Assembly (NCBI GenBank): GCA_965644315.1
Contig: CBFFRQ010000032.1
Span: 434,001 to 498,000, forward strand
Reading direction: 5' to 3'
Source: Caecitellus pseudoparvulus
Lineage: Eukaryota; Protista; Bigyra: Bicosoecida
Length of the DNA stretch: 64,000 nt
Each line of letters starts with the position of its first letter. Position 1 is the first letter of the stretch. Made by a program: the position numbers and the translations under genes. Shown here piece after piece: positions 1 through 11,015 of this stretch. The notes below the pieces were generated by a model that worked only from the letters and a program-made list of their open reading frames with translations, had not been told where the DNA came from and did not search any database.

Positions 1-2
1 GG

Positions 3-1499
3 CGCCTGATGGAGAAGAACAAGACGCTGTCCAAGGACGAGCTCATGACCATGGTGCGCTTTGGCGCTGACGAGATCTTCCGGTCCAAAGACGCCACCCT
101 GACCGACGAGGACATCGACGCCATCCTGGCTCGAGGAGAGGAGAAGACGAAAGGCCTCAGCGACAAGATCCAGCGCGACATGTCCCACAACCTGGCGAAC
201 TTCTCCCTCTCTTCAGATTGGCAGAGCAGCTTCACCAGCGTGGCGGAGGAGGGGGCAGGCGGCAGCGCCGGCGCGGCAGCTGCGGCAGCCACCACCTTCA
301 TCCCCCTCCCACAGCGCGAGCGCAAGAAGAACTACGATATCGATGCCGCCTACCAGGCCATCATGGGCGTGTCTTCCACGGGGCGCCGCAAAGGCACGCC
401 GCACCGGCTCTCCAAGGCGCCCAGCATGTCAGACCACCAGTTCTTCAACTCCAAGCGCATCCACGAGATCTACGACAAGGAAGACGCCATCTTGCGCACA
501 CGAAAGGACGCCAACAAGCGCCTGGCCGAGCTGCGTGTGGAGCACAACAAGCGCCGGCGCCGGTGGGTGAAGGCGCGCATCACGGAGATGCAGGCGGAGG
601 CGGCAGGTGGAGGCGGCGCCACGCCGGCTGCCTCGCCCACGGGCTCAGAGGGCTCAGAGGATGGGGAAGTAGAGGTGCCAGGGCGCGCCGAGCTGCGGGG
701 ACAAGCTGAGGCTGAGTTCGATGAGCGGTTTCCACCAGAGGAAGTGCAGAAGGTGGAGGCGGCTCTGGAGGACATGCCCACCGGCCTGGAGCCGGAGGAG
801 GAGGAGGAGCGCGACGCCCTTCTTGCAGAAGGTTTCAAGGAGTGGTCCAAGAAGGACTTCCGGTCCTACATCTCTGCTCTGGAGCGGTATGGTCGCAGCG
901 AGGAGGCGGAAGGCATGGTGTTAGCTGAGGTGGCAGAGGTGACGGAGAAGCCCCTGGAAGACGTTAAAAAGTACCACGAAGTGTTCATGGAGCGGTACAA
1001 GGAAATCGACGGGTACCAGCGGTACCTGGATCGCATCGAGAAGGGCGAGGAGAAGCTTAGCAAGCGCCAGCGCATCGAGGCAGAGGTGGCTGAGAAAGTG
1101 GCTCGCCACACAAACCCGTACACGAGCTTGACCCTGGACTACAGCAACGCCAACTGGCGGGGCGTAGCGGCAGGCTTCACCCCTGAAGAAGACAGGTTCC
1201 TGGTGTGCATGATGCACGAGCTGGGGTATGGGGAGTGGGACGCACTCCGCGTGCAGGTGCGCCAGGCGTACCAGTTCCGCTTTGACTGGTTCATCAAGTC
1301 CAGGACGCCTGACGAGCTGGCCCGGCGGTGCGAGACCCTCATCCGCCTCATCGAGCGGGAGAACGCGGACGTGCGTGGGGAGGCCCCTGGCGCCACGCCT
1401 CGCCCCGGCAAGACGCGTGCCAAGCGAGCACCCTCTCCACCCCCTGACGCCTCAGCTGCAGCAGCGCCCTCGGCTGCCAAGCGCCCCCGCACAGACTAG
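3..1499 (+). CDS. ISWI: ISWI/SNF2H-family chromatin-remodelling ATPase, C-terminal part (post-helicase linker, HAND-SANT-SLIDE); 5' end lies outside the window
   Basis: The frame is open from the window edge. ISWI motifs: 'ELMTMVRFGADEIF..DEDIDAILARGEEKT', 'RERKKNY', 'DHQFFN', SANT 'LLAEGFKEWSKKDFRSYISALERYGR', SLIDE 'FTPEEDRFLVCMMHELGYGEWDALRVQVRQAYQFRFDWFIKSRTPDELARRCETLIRLIERE'. Confidence 0.95.
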   Translation, partial: RLMEKNKTLSKDELMTMVRFGADEIFRSKDATLTDEDIDAILARGEEKTKGLSDKIQRDMSHNLANFSLSSDWQSSFTSVAEEGAGGSAGAAAAAATTFIPLPQRERKKNYDIDAAYQAIMGVSSTGRRKGTPHRLSKAPSMSDHQFFNSKRIHEIYDKEDAILRTRKDANKRLAELRVEHNKRRRRWVKARITEMQAEAAGGGGATPAASPTGSEGSEDGEVEVPGRAELRGQAEAEFDERFPPEEVQKVEAALEDMPTGLEPEEEEERDALLAEGFKEWSKKDFRSYISALERYGRSEEAEGMVLAEVAEVTEKPLEDVKKYHEVFMERYKEIDGYQRYLDRIEKGEEKLSKRQRIEAEVAEKVARHTNPYTSLTLDYSNANWRGVAAGFTPEEDRFLVCMMHELGYGEWDALRVQVRQAYQFRFDWFIKSRTPDELARRCETLIRLIERENADVRGEAPGATPRPGKTRAKRAPSPPPDASAAAAPSAAKRPRTD

Positions 1500-1657
1500 G
1501 CATGCGGCGGGCCCGCTCAATTCAAAACTGCGACGCTGCCTCCCCATGCGCACTGCTTGCGACTCCCCCTCAGCGGCAGCTCCCCCCGCTGCCTGCACCA
1601 GGCAACTCACCTGCCGAAGCGGCCGCCTGCTGCGCTCACCATTCACCCCTGACAGCC

Positions 1658-3209
1658 ATGGCCGACGCCCAAGGGGACCAGGGTCCTCCACTGGACCCTG
1701 AGAGGGTGCTGGAGCAGATCTTGAGCACAGATACAGGGTGTGTGCTGGCGCAGGGCATTGAGAGCGCCGGCGCAGGCTCACTCCGCTGCCTTCCTGCCAC
1801 CACACGCAGAGACATGCAAGCTGTGGCACGCCTGGCGGATGCCCTCCGGTACCATGAAAAGGGCTTCCGCAAGCGCCCAGAAGCCGCGTCCCAGATCGCC
1901 CAACACGTGGAGCTGCCCAAGGACACGGCTGCAGCCGCGTTTCTCCTGTATGTGCCCGCCCGTCCACCACGCCAAAACGTGCCAGCATGCATGGCGGCTC
2001 GCCCTCCTTGCTGCAGGAGCATCGCAGCAGATGCACCCCGGACCGTGATGAAGGAGTGGAACAAGATGGCCAGCAGGCTGCTGACCCAACACCGCCCAGC
2101 GCACGTGCAATTCGTCAAGGCAGAGTGTGCGTGTCGGAGTGGCGCTGTCAAGACAAGCTTGCGACAGCACAACCCCGCCCTCTCCCCCCCTCGCAGTCTC
2201 CGCAGTGGTTCGTCGCTTCGCCGACAACCACATGAACCCGAAGCCTAGCGTGGCAGCCCTGGGCCCCCTGCAGTCCGCCATGGAGTCCCTCTCCGGCGGG
2301 GAGCCAGCGCTGCTCACCCCTGCACATGCGGCGTACCTGCGCGCAGCCCTGGCCACGGGGCACGTGCAGAAGGCCCACACAGTGGCAAAGGTGCCCGTGT
2401 TCCAGGTGCAGTCCCGCCAGGACGGCATGCACTACACTGACGCGCTGCTGTACTTCTACTACGCCGGCTCAGCGCTGTGTGCGTACCAGGACTGGCGGGC
2501 AGCGGTGCAGGCCTTCACCTGTGCGTTGGCGTTCCCCGCCACCGCCCTCTCCAGCATCGTCGTGGCCGCATACAAGAAATTCGTGTGTGCTTCCCTGCTG
2601 CACTCCGGCTCCGTGTCGCCCTTGCCGCGTCACACGAGCTCCACCGTGTCCAAGACGGTTTCCAAGCACGCGCAAGCCTACACTACGCTGGCCAAGGCCT
2701 TCCAGTCCCTGAACGACGTGGCTGTGGGAACTGTCATTGCAGAGAACACGGCCGCCTTCCAGGGTGACTCCAACCTGGGCCTGGTCATGCAAGTCCTGGC
2801 CTCGCTGAAGCAGCGTCGTGTGTTGAAGCTCACCAACACCTTCCTCACGCTGTCCCTAGCGGACATCGCGGAGAAGGCCGAGCTGGAGTCCCCTGCTGCG
2901 GCAGAAGCGGAGCTGCTGTCCATGATTCAAGACGGCAAGCTGCGAGCAACGATCGACCAGCGAGTGGGCATGGTCACGTTTGGCGGGGAAGGGCAGGCAT
3001 ACGCGACGCCAGCGGAAGTGAGCAGACTTACCCAGCGCATTGCCACGGCAACGGATGTTGCCAGGCACTTCTCTTCCCTCTCCAAGACCGTGGAGGTGTC
3101 GGACGAGTACTTGGAGCGGAAGATCACCAGCCAGAGCGCCGACGCCGGGCAGGGGGGTGTTGGGGGCGGGGCAGGCGCTGACGCAGACGTGCAGGGCATG
3201 ACTGGCTGA
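1658..3209 (+). CDS. COPS3: COP9 signalosome subunit 3 (PCI domain), 4 exons: 1658-1737, 1810-1947, 2017-2126, 2197-3209 (~446 aa)
   Basis: Motifs 'LTPAHAAYLRAAL', 'LLYFYYAG', 'PATALSSIVVAAYKKFVCASL', 'DSNLGLVMQV...KLTNTFLTLSLADIA...LLSMIQDGKLRATIDQ..GMVTF'. GT-AG introns of 72, 69 and 70 nt join the exons in one frame. Confidence 0.88.
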
Positions 3210-3318
3210 ATGTAAATTCCCACTCGTGCAGACTTCCAGGTAGACTTCCGTGTGGCCCAGCTGCATCAGCTGGGGCTGCACCTTGACTGGCACACTCAGC
3301 TAGCGCGGCCGGTCAACC

Positions 3319-3804
3319 ATGGCCCTCGTACGTTCGACTTGGGCTGCCGTATGCGCCGTGCAATGCAGCAGCGAACGTGTCTGACCACCTCAACCGCAGG
3401 ACTGGAAGCAGCAGTTGCTGGCTGAGCGGGCCATGATGGTGCTGTGCGGCATCGTCTCAGTGCGTTGCGCCGGCGTTTCGTGCAGACCAGCCCCGCCATA
3501 GGCCCCTCCTGCTCGCCACTCCCAGGTCATCTCATGGGTAATCGGGTTCCTTTACGATGATATCGTGCTGGGGATGACATACTGGCTCATCGGCTTCGCC
3601 ATTGTAGGGCTGGTGAGTGCGAGGCCTCGAGCGTGGCCCAGGGTGCCAGGTGGCGCACACAACCACGTTCGCCGTTCGCAGGCCACTGTGCCTGACTGGA
3701 GTGTATTCGTGAGCAGCTCCATCAAGTGGAGGAGCAGCATACCCAAGGAAGATGTGGACTTCTACACCAAGCCTGCAGCAGATGCCGGCACCTCCAGCTC
3801 TTGA
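3319..3804 (+). CDS. SPCS1: Signal peptidase complex subunit 1 (SPC12), 4 exons: 3319-3327, 3400-3459, 3526-3612, 3682-3804 (92 aa)
   Basis: Spliced product MALDWKQQLLAERAMMVLCGIVSVISWVIGFLYDDIVLGMTYWLIGFAIVGLATVPDWSVFVSSSIKW... matches the SPC12 pattern (D..Q.LAE, two TM helices, VPDW......W). Introns of 72, 66 and 69 nt have canonical ends. The full protein is not in the ORF track. Confidence 0.85.
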
Positions 3805-3822
3805 ATGCACCCCTTGTCGCGC

Positions 3823-6800
3823 TCAGCTCTCGTCGCCGCTGTCTCCCTCATCGCTGTCCTCGGCGCCAGCGCCATCCTCCTCCTCTTCCCCCCAAGCCCC
3901 GTAGTCGTCACTGTCGTCGCCGCCCAGGCTCAGGATGGCCTGTGGGGCAGCCGAGCGCCCCCCGCCTCCACCCCCCCGCCCCGCAGCCTTGCGCTCCTCC
4001 CGCAAGGCGATGACGCGTGCGTGCTCCCGCTGCACGAGGGCCTCGTCCTCTGGGCGCAGCCACATGTCTGTTGCCACAGGGTCCACGGGTGCCTCCAGGC
4101 CCTCTGCCTTGGCCACAGCCGCCTCTGCCTCCAGCTTGCCTGTGTCCACCACCTGCACCGCCAGCAGGTCCCCGTCCTTGATGTTGAAGGGGGCCTTCAG
4201 CAGGGATCCCTTGACAGGCTTGAGCTTGCCGCGGCGCCCGCGACGGCCGCCTCCACCACCCCTCTGCACGGCGCCCTGAGACTTGGCGGTGATGCGGCGC
4301 CACAGGACGCCCGGCCCGTCGTCCGACACGCGTCCACGGGCTGAGGGAAACCACTTTGCCACGGCCACGTCAGAGGCCACCATTTGGCCTTGACCTGGTG
4401 CAGCGGCCACCAACTCCCGGCCAGTGGCATGCGCTGCCAGGGGCGCCAGTGCCTCTTGCAGGTGCGTCAGGCGGGGCGCATCCGTGACGGACCACTTGAA
4501 ACAAGTGGGGGGCCAGAAGGGTGTGTTCAGGGGGGTGGTGGGGGACGCGTGCCGCCGGTGCTGCACCCACAACAGCACGTCGCGGTCGGTCAGGGACTCG
4601 GCCTCCGGCAGCACCTCCACCACGTACGCTCCGCCTGTCTTCACGCCACAGCGCATGAGCACCTTCAAGTTGGGCTTCAACACCTTGCCTGGCCACTTCA
4701 CAGCCGTCACCTCCCGCAGGCGCAGGCGGTCCGGCGTGATGCCCTGCTCAGCCAGACTTGGCACGGTGCCTGGCTGCGGCAAGCCAGCGGGGCCCTCCTT
4801 CGCGCCGCCTGTGCTGCCTGCGCGCTGCAGCGGGGGGCTGCCCGCCTCCCCCGCTTCCCCAGCTGCCGTCGCCGCAGCAGCCCGCGCCTTCAGGCCCTTG
4901 GGGTCAAAGGCCCAGCCGTCGCCTTCTCCCCGCCCCACCGCCTCTGCCACTGCCCGCGCGTGGGCAACGTCCTTCATGTTCAGGATGGCCTGCTTCAGGT
5001 CCCGCACCTGCTGCTCCCGGCTGCAGGTGACGTCACTGACGGGCCACAAGCACGCGGAGCGGGCCCTGACGCTCCACTCCCAGGCATCCAGCGGCACCTC
5101 GCCCTCGGGGGGGACGTGCTGCACGTCACCATCCGTGGCTGACGGGATGATGGAGGGGGGCACCTTGCTGGCCACGATGGCGGCATGCTCTGGCGTCCAC
5201 ACGAACAGCTTCAGCGTCAGCTGACCAGGCTTGGGCACGGCGCCCTCCTCCAGCAGCACCAGCTGCCCCGTGTAGATACTGTGCTTGTTCAGGGACATGC
5301 CCTCCTGCTGCACGATGGCTTGGCGCTCGTCCGCAAAGTTGGTCTTGCGCAGGCGGCGCTCCGGCATGGCAGCCTCCGCCTCGGCAGGCGTCATGCCCTC
5401 CGCGAGCAGGATGCTGCGCTTCAGCTGCGTGGCTGATGCTGTGCGGGAGATGACAAGCTCCTTGCTGATGCTCTGCACGCCGCCCTCACCATCCTTCGTG
5501 TGGGCGTTGCCTGTCACGATGGCATACCGCAGGGCGATCTCAGCAGAGCCCAGCGGCTTGCCCTCCTCCAGGATCAAGTGCCCACCCTCGAACACTCCCA
5601 CTGCGTGCAGCTGGTCGGTTTCGTCGTCCACCAGGCTTGCAGGTGTGGAGCCGTAAGTGCTGCGCATGCGGCACAGCCCTGCCACGCGATCCAGGGTTGT
5701 GACTGTGCGCCGAGTGCGTACAGGGCTCACCGCACCTGGTGCGGGAATGCCACCGGGCCCGCCCTTGGGCGCGGCAGACCCCCCCTTCACATCCTCCTCT
5801 CCGGGGAAGGGCAGGGAGTCTGCCCACCCCAGCAGACGCAGCACCTTGCGCTTCAGCATTGCAATGGTGGTGGAGCGCTCCACGGTAAGAGGCAGGATAA
5901 AATCCTCCCCCGCAGCGGCCGCAGCCTGGCCGGGGACGATGTGCTCCGTCGACAACATGCTGGAGCCGGCAGCAGCAGCAGCTTGCGCTGCTTCGACGTC
6001 AGGGCGCAGGACGCCAGGCGCCACTGTGACGGTGATGTGCAGGGTGGAGGAGCGCTTCTTGGCCTCGCTGGAGGCCAGCGGCATGAAGCGCTTCTTGCCC
6101 TTCGCGTCGGTGAGCGGCTCCAGCGCCAGCTCTGCCTCGTCACTCATGCCCAGCTGGCCCAGCGTCTGGCTCAAGATGCCACTGCCGCCCTTGCTGGTGG
6201 CAGCCAGCATCTCGGCCGCGCTCAGCTTGTCCAAGTGGGCGGCGCGCACGTTGCCCGTGCTGGATGTCGTGATGCGGAACAGGCCGAGGTTGGTCTCGGG
6301 CTCAGCCACCGGCGCACCGGCGCGCTCGAAAGCAGCCATCAGCGTGCGCTTCATGCCCTGCAGCGTGGTGTTCTTGGGCACCACCATGGTCAGGCTGTTC
6401 TTGAGCACCTTTGTCTCAGCTGCACCGCCGCCCTCCCCCGGCACCACCGCCTCCCGTAGGAAGTGCGCCACCACCTCAAGGGGCTCTGCATCAGCGCCAG
6501 TGGCCACCGCGCCGCCGTCCACTGTCTCGCCATCCCACAACAACAGCACGCCCTTATGCACAACTGTGCCTTCGAAGTCAGTGAGCGGACGCTCCCATGG
6601 GTTCAGCAAGGCACTCGAGTCCGCCTTCTCCTCAACGGTCGGCGTGGCGTCGCCATCCCCCTTGCTCAGCACGGCGTCGTACAAATGCATGCCCCCAGCC
6701 ACCCGCTGGACACTGTGCAGGGCAAGGGGGGACGCATCACTGCTGGGGTCTGCTCGGGTTCCCTCGGGCCACAGAGCTGGCGGCACCTTTGCTTGCAGCT

Positions 6801-9513
6801 CCTGCACGAATCGGCGCACAGTCCACCGCGTGTCCACCGTGACGGCAATGCCAGCGCCTCGCCAGGCGGCGTCCTCTGCCTCAGCCAGCGCAGCTGCGTC
6901 TGTCCCTCCTGCGGCATCGCCTTCGCTCGGAGCTGGCGTGTCGGCCAGGGCCGCTGCGATGGCAGCTGCGTCCTCGGCAGACACGTCATCCCCGACACCC
7001 TCTGGGCGCTCAGCCGCGGGTTGGGTCGCAACAACTGCGTCGCCAGAGCCATGCTCCTCCCGCAAGGCCTCGGCAGCCTCCACATTGAAGCGCAGGCGGC
7101 AGCCAGCTTTGTCCTGGGAGTACAGACTGGCAGGGTGCACATTCACGGTGATTGTGTGCCGTGCAGTCTCATATGCAGTGCGGTGCGCCTCGGCCGCAGC
7201 ATTGCTCTCAGCGACCTCCTCTGCCCACGGCGAAGGCGTGGCCTGCACAAAGGCAGCGCCCTCCAGCGGGTTGATCAGCCCCACGCCATCCTGTTCGCCG
7301 TCAGCCGCGGGCGCAGCTGCAGCGGCGGCGGAGGGTCGAGGTTCTGTGGGTGCGGCGGTCCCCTGCTTTGCCGCTGGCGGCAGCGCAGTCTTCAGGCGCT
7401 GGCCCATCTCCCGAGACCGGTACATGAGGATGTACCCTGACTCCCTCCCCTGGAACTGACTCTCCAGCGTGGCGGCAGTGATGGGGCTGACGCTGGAGTC
7501 GTTGAAGTCAAACCAACGCCCCCACAGGTCTGCCAGCTTCTCCTGGTGCGCACGTGCGGCAGCACGGCGAGCGCTCTCGTCTTCCTCAGCGGGGCTGGCC
7601 GTGTCCCCTGCCCCAGCAGCAGGCTGGCGAGGACCACCAACGGTGGTCCACCCATCCTCTGACACAGACGGGGGAGGCGCATCCTTGCCCGCATCCTGCT
7701 GTGGAATGAGCGTGACGGAGTCGCCCTCCACCTTGAAGTCTGACGGGTGCTGCCGCATGAATGCCTTGAGGGTGCCCCACTGCTTCTTGTACGTCTTGTT
7801 CCAAGACCGCCCCACGCTGCGGGAGATCTCAGCGCCAAGGTCTGAGAAGGACACCGTGTACCGTCCGTCGGCACCCTGTGGCTGGGCTGCTAAGATGCTC
7901 CGCAGGACGGTCAGGGGCGAGGTGGGGTCAGACAGCGCCTTTGCACGTGCATCCGCGGCATCCCTGGCCTTCTGCACCTCCTTTGGCGGCGCCAGGGCTG
8001 ACTCTGGCACTGACCAAGTGCCTTCCCCTGCCATGTCCCGGATGTACGCAGTGTAGTGCCCTGCCGAGGCGGTGCCGGCGTGGATGACCACCGAAAACAG
8101 GTCGTACAGGGCGGAGGAGTCCCCAGCAGGCTGCTCGGCGGCCAGGCTGCGCGCAGCCACTTCAGGCGACGTCAGGTCGTCCGACAGCCACACACTGCCC
8201 GCACGTGCAGCGGCCAGCGCTGCGGGAACGGACATGGGGGTCGGATCGGGGTCAGGCGCGTCTGCAGGCAGTGGGTTGCCCTGCGCGTCTGCCTTGAGGC
8301 CTTGCGCCCGCACGACGTCGGCCTGCACAGCAGCGGACACCACCCCGCCCTGCAGGAAGGGGGCCATGTCCAGCGCCAGCGGGAAGGCGCACCTGTCCTC
8401 CACCTTCATGGGCTCAAATGTGGTCATGTTCATGCCAGTGCGGTTCAGCATGATCACCAGCACGGGCGGCAGCTCCGTCAACACCTGGCCTCGCAGGGCG
8501 GGGCAGCGTTCCCCGTTGGGCGCCTCCAGCCCGTCAAAGAACTGGGGCGTGATGGTGGCGGCCAGGGCGGAGACGAGGTCTTCGTTGCCGGCCACGGGCA
8601 CGGTGATGTCGTACGCGCGCTCCACGGTGGAGTCCTGCACGCCCAGCTGGGGGGCCAGGAAGGTCTTGCGGTACCCCGTGCTGAAGGTGTACAGGCGTGG
8701 GATGATGTCGCGCCCGGCGCTGCGGCTAAGCTGCTTCTCGATCTTGTCGTACAGCAGGCGGTTCAGCTCCTGCACGTCGTGCTGCACGCCTGCCTCGGCC
8801 GAGAACCACCCGAAACCGTACCGCGTCAGGGCCTCCGTGCTGATGCTGCGCCGGTTCAAGCCTTGCAGGCGCACGAACAAGCGCTGCAGCTCCAGCGCCG
8901 CCACCAGGGGCTTGGGCTTCCTGGAGCCATCGCTGCCCCCGGCGCTGCCCTCGTCAGTTTGCTTCGCCTCCAACTCGTCGCAGTACTCCTTCAGCTGGGA
9001 CGTGTGGGGGGAAGGGGGTGTGCCGGCGGGGTGCGGCAACGAGGCAGGTGCCCAGCACGCACTCGAGACAGCCCCAGGCGCTTGGGGTTGACCTGGTACA
9101 GCGCGCCCCGCAGCTCAGGTGTCATGTACATGGACTGCAGGAGGGAATTCAGGTAGCATGTCGCGCCCCTGCGAGCAGGAGGCCGAGAGAACGCGCGGTG
9201 TCGGGTGAAAGGAGCATGCCGTCGCGCCAGGAACGCGCACGGCTGCCCTGCTGCGCTGCCTGCTGCGGCGAGGCGGTGAAGCACGCACTGGTTATCAAGC
9301 CCCACGAAGCCTGCTTTGCCGCGGGGGTCTTTTGGCACGTCCATGCCCTGTGAAGGGAGCGATCACAGGCGGCAGTGTCCGTGTGCCGAGCGCCAACACG
9401 CCGAAGGCGAGGGCACCCACACTCTCCGTGGCTGCGTTGCCGCCCACGCCCGACGGGCCATCGGCAAAGTCATCCTCATCGTCCGCAAAGAGGGTCGCAA
9501 ATGGGTTTGCCAT
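3823..9513 (-). CDS. USP40: Ubiquitin-specific protease (peptidase C19), USP40-like; exons 9513-9421, 9347-9289, 9168-9063, 8994-3823 (~1,809 aa)
   Basis: The Cys box 'GLDNQ/GATCYLNSLLQ' is formed across an intron. Also 'FGW...QHDVQELNRLL', His box 'VVIHAGTASAGHYTAYIRD' and 'WFDFNDS'. The insert 'GRSWNKTYKKQWGTLKAFMRQH' between the His box and the Asp resembles animal USP40. Ubl-like repeats lie C-terminally. Confidence 0.88.
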
Positions 9514-9927
9514 GCTGCCTCTCCACGACGGCTGGCTGAGTCCACAGAGGCTGCTGCACCACGCCGTGCAAGTTCCGCAGCCTGCTCGGCAAAGCGAGGT
9601 GAAGGTGAACCTGCAGCAGCGGCTGCTGAGGGGTTCTGCAGAAGTTTGTCGGAATACTATGTGGTGTGTGTGTTTTTTCGGCCCAGGTCGTCCCGTCACG
9701 ACTCAGTCGGGAGATGTCACGGCTTTGCCTCGGGCGATGTGGGCTGTCGCCAGCGAAGCGACATGCCCCATGGCACTGCACCTCATGCCATTACAATTTC
9801 ATAAACACGCAAAACACGAGCGCGCAAACTTGCTGCCATGTCCTCCGCGTTGCAGTGCTGAGTAAGGGAGCACCCAGCTCCCAGACAGGCTCAACAACCC
9901 TACCGTGCGGTATTTGTACCCAGCAAC

Positions 9928-10986
9928 ATGTCCTCTGCCAGAGGTGCGGTGCTGGCCATTCTAGGCAGCTCCTTTGACGAGCCGGCAATCTGCGGCATTT
10001 CCCTGCAACCAAGAAATGTGGGCACCCCTTTTGGCCCTGCTCGCATGCATGCCCTGCCCCGCCCAGTGCGTGCGAGCGTGCAGCGTGCAAAATTCCCTGT
10101 GCAAGACAGCCACAGCCGCTGATACCCACCGCAGGACTGCCTGCCCGATGCAGCTCCAGATGCACTCCTCCTGCACCGACACGGTGTGCCTCACAAGTAC
10201 ATGCCTCAGAGTGTGCCGTGGCGAGCCCACGCTGCGGCTGCTGCGCAAGCCGGCGTGACCCGCGCCCTCGTCACGAGCAGCGCGTCGCTGTCAGACCCGG
10301 CCGCACCCTTGCACACGCCGACGCTCGTGACAGACATCCTGTGGCCTGACAATCGCCTACCCGACGGCAGTGCGTGCAGCATGTTCACTGGGCCATGGGC
10401 TTCCCATCCACAGCGAGGGCACTTGCTGTCCAGCCCCAGCCTGCTCAGTAGCGTCGTTGCATCCAGTGTGCTCGCTGCAGCTACGATGGCAGGCGTGCAC
10501 ATCGCCAACGCGCAGCGCGGAGACGGGCCAGGGCGCCCTCATTCCCTGTCCCCCTGCGTCTTTGCATACGTGCCCGGGCCCCGCACGAAGACGCCGGCAG
10601 AGAATGCCTGGCTAGGCTCCCTGCACCCCCGCCCCCACGCCAACAGCATGACCCTCGCGCCAGAAGTCGTGCTCCTGGGCGAGCTGGGCATTCCCACTGC
10701 CGCAGTGGTTGTGGGACACAAGCACGTGCGGTGTGGCGGGGGGACCAGCAGGGGCCTGGCGGGAAAGGCCCTGCCGCCCCCCTCCGCGGACGCCAGCCCC
10801 CCCCACGTATTCACCTTCGCCCGGCGCGAAGAGGAGGGGACCAGCGCCGCCATGTCCTCGACCCTGCACGACTCCCGTGCGGGGCTGGAGAAGCTCGTCC
10901 TGACCTGGCTCCTGCAAGAGGCAGGGTGGGTGCCGCCGGGTGAGCAGGACGCAGCGGGGTGGTACTCGGCCCAGCTGGCTCGGTGA
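9928..10986 (+). CDS. Divergent purine-nucleoside/5'-methylthioadenosine phosphorylase family protein (PNP_UDP_1 fold); exons 9928-10065, 10135-10986 (~329 aa)
   Basis: Motif order matches the MTAP/PNP family: 'LAILGSS', 'VGTPFG', 'LHRHGVPHKYMPQSVPWRAH', 'VTSSASL', 'YVPGPRTKTPAEN', 'NSMTLAPEVVLLGELGIP'. A 69-nt GTGCGT...CCGCAG intron joins two ORF-track fragments in frame. Confidence 0.78.
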
Positions 10987-11015
10987 GGGGCGGGCGGGGC
11001 GGCATGTCAGTGCAT

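Noticed and set aside
5657-7459. Long antisense or alternative-frame ORFs (for example 5657-7459, 11622-13469, 16423-18216, 23690-24955)
   Set aside because: Shadows of GC-rich, codon-biased genes on the opposite strand; no recognisable domains.
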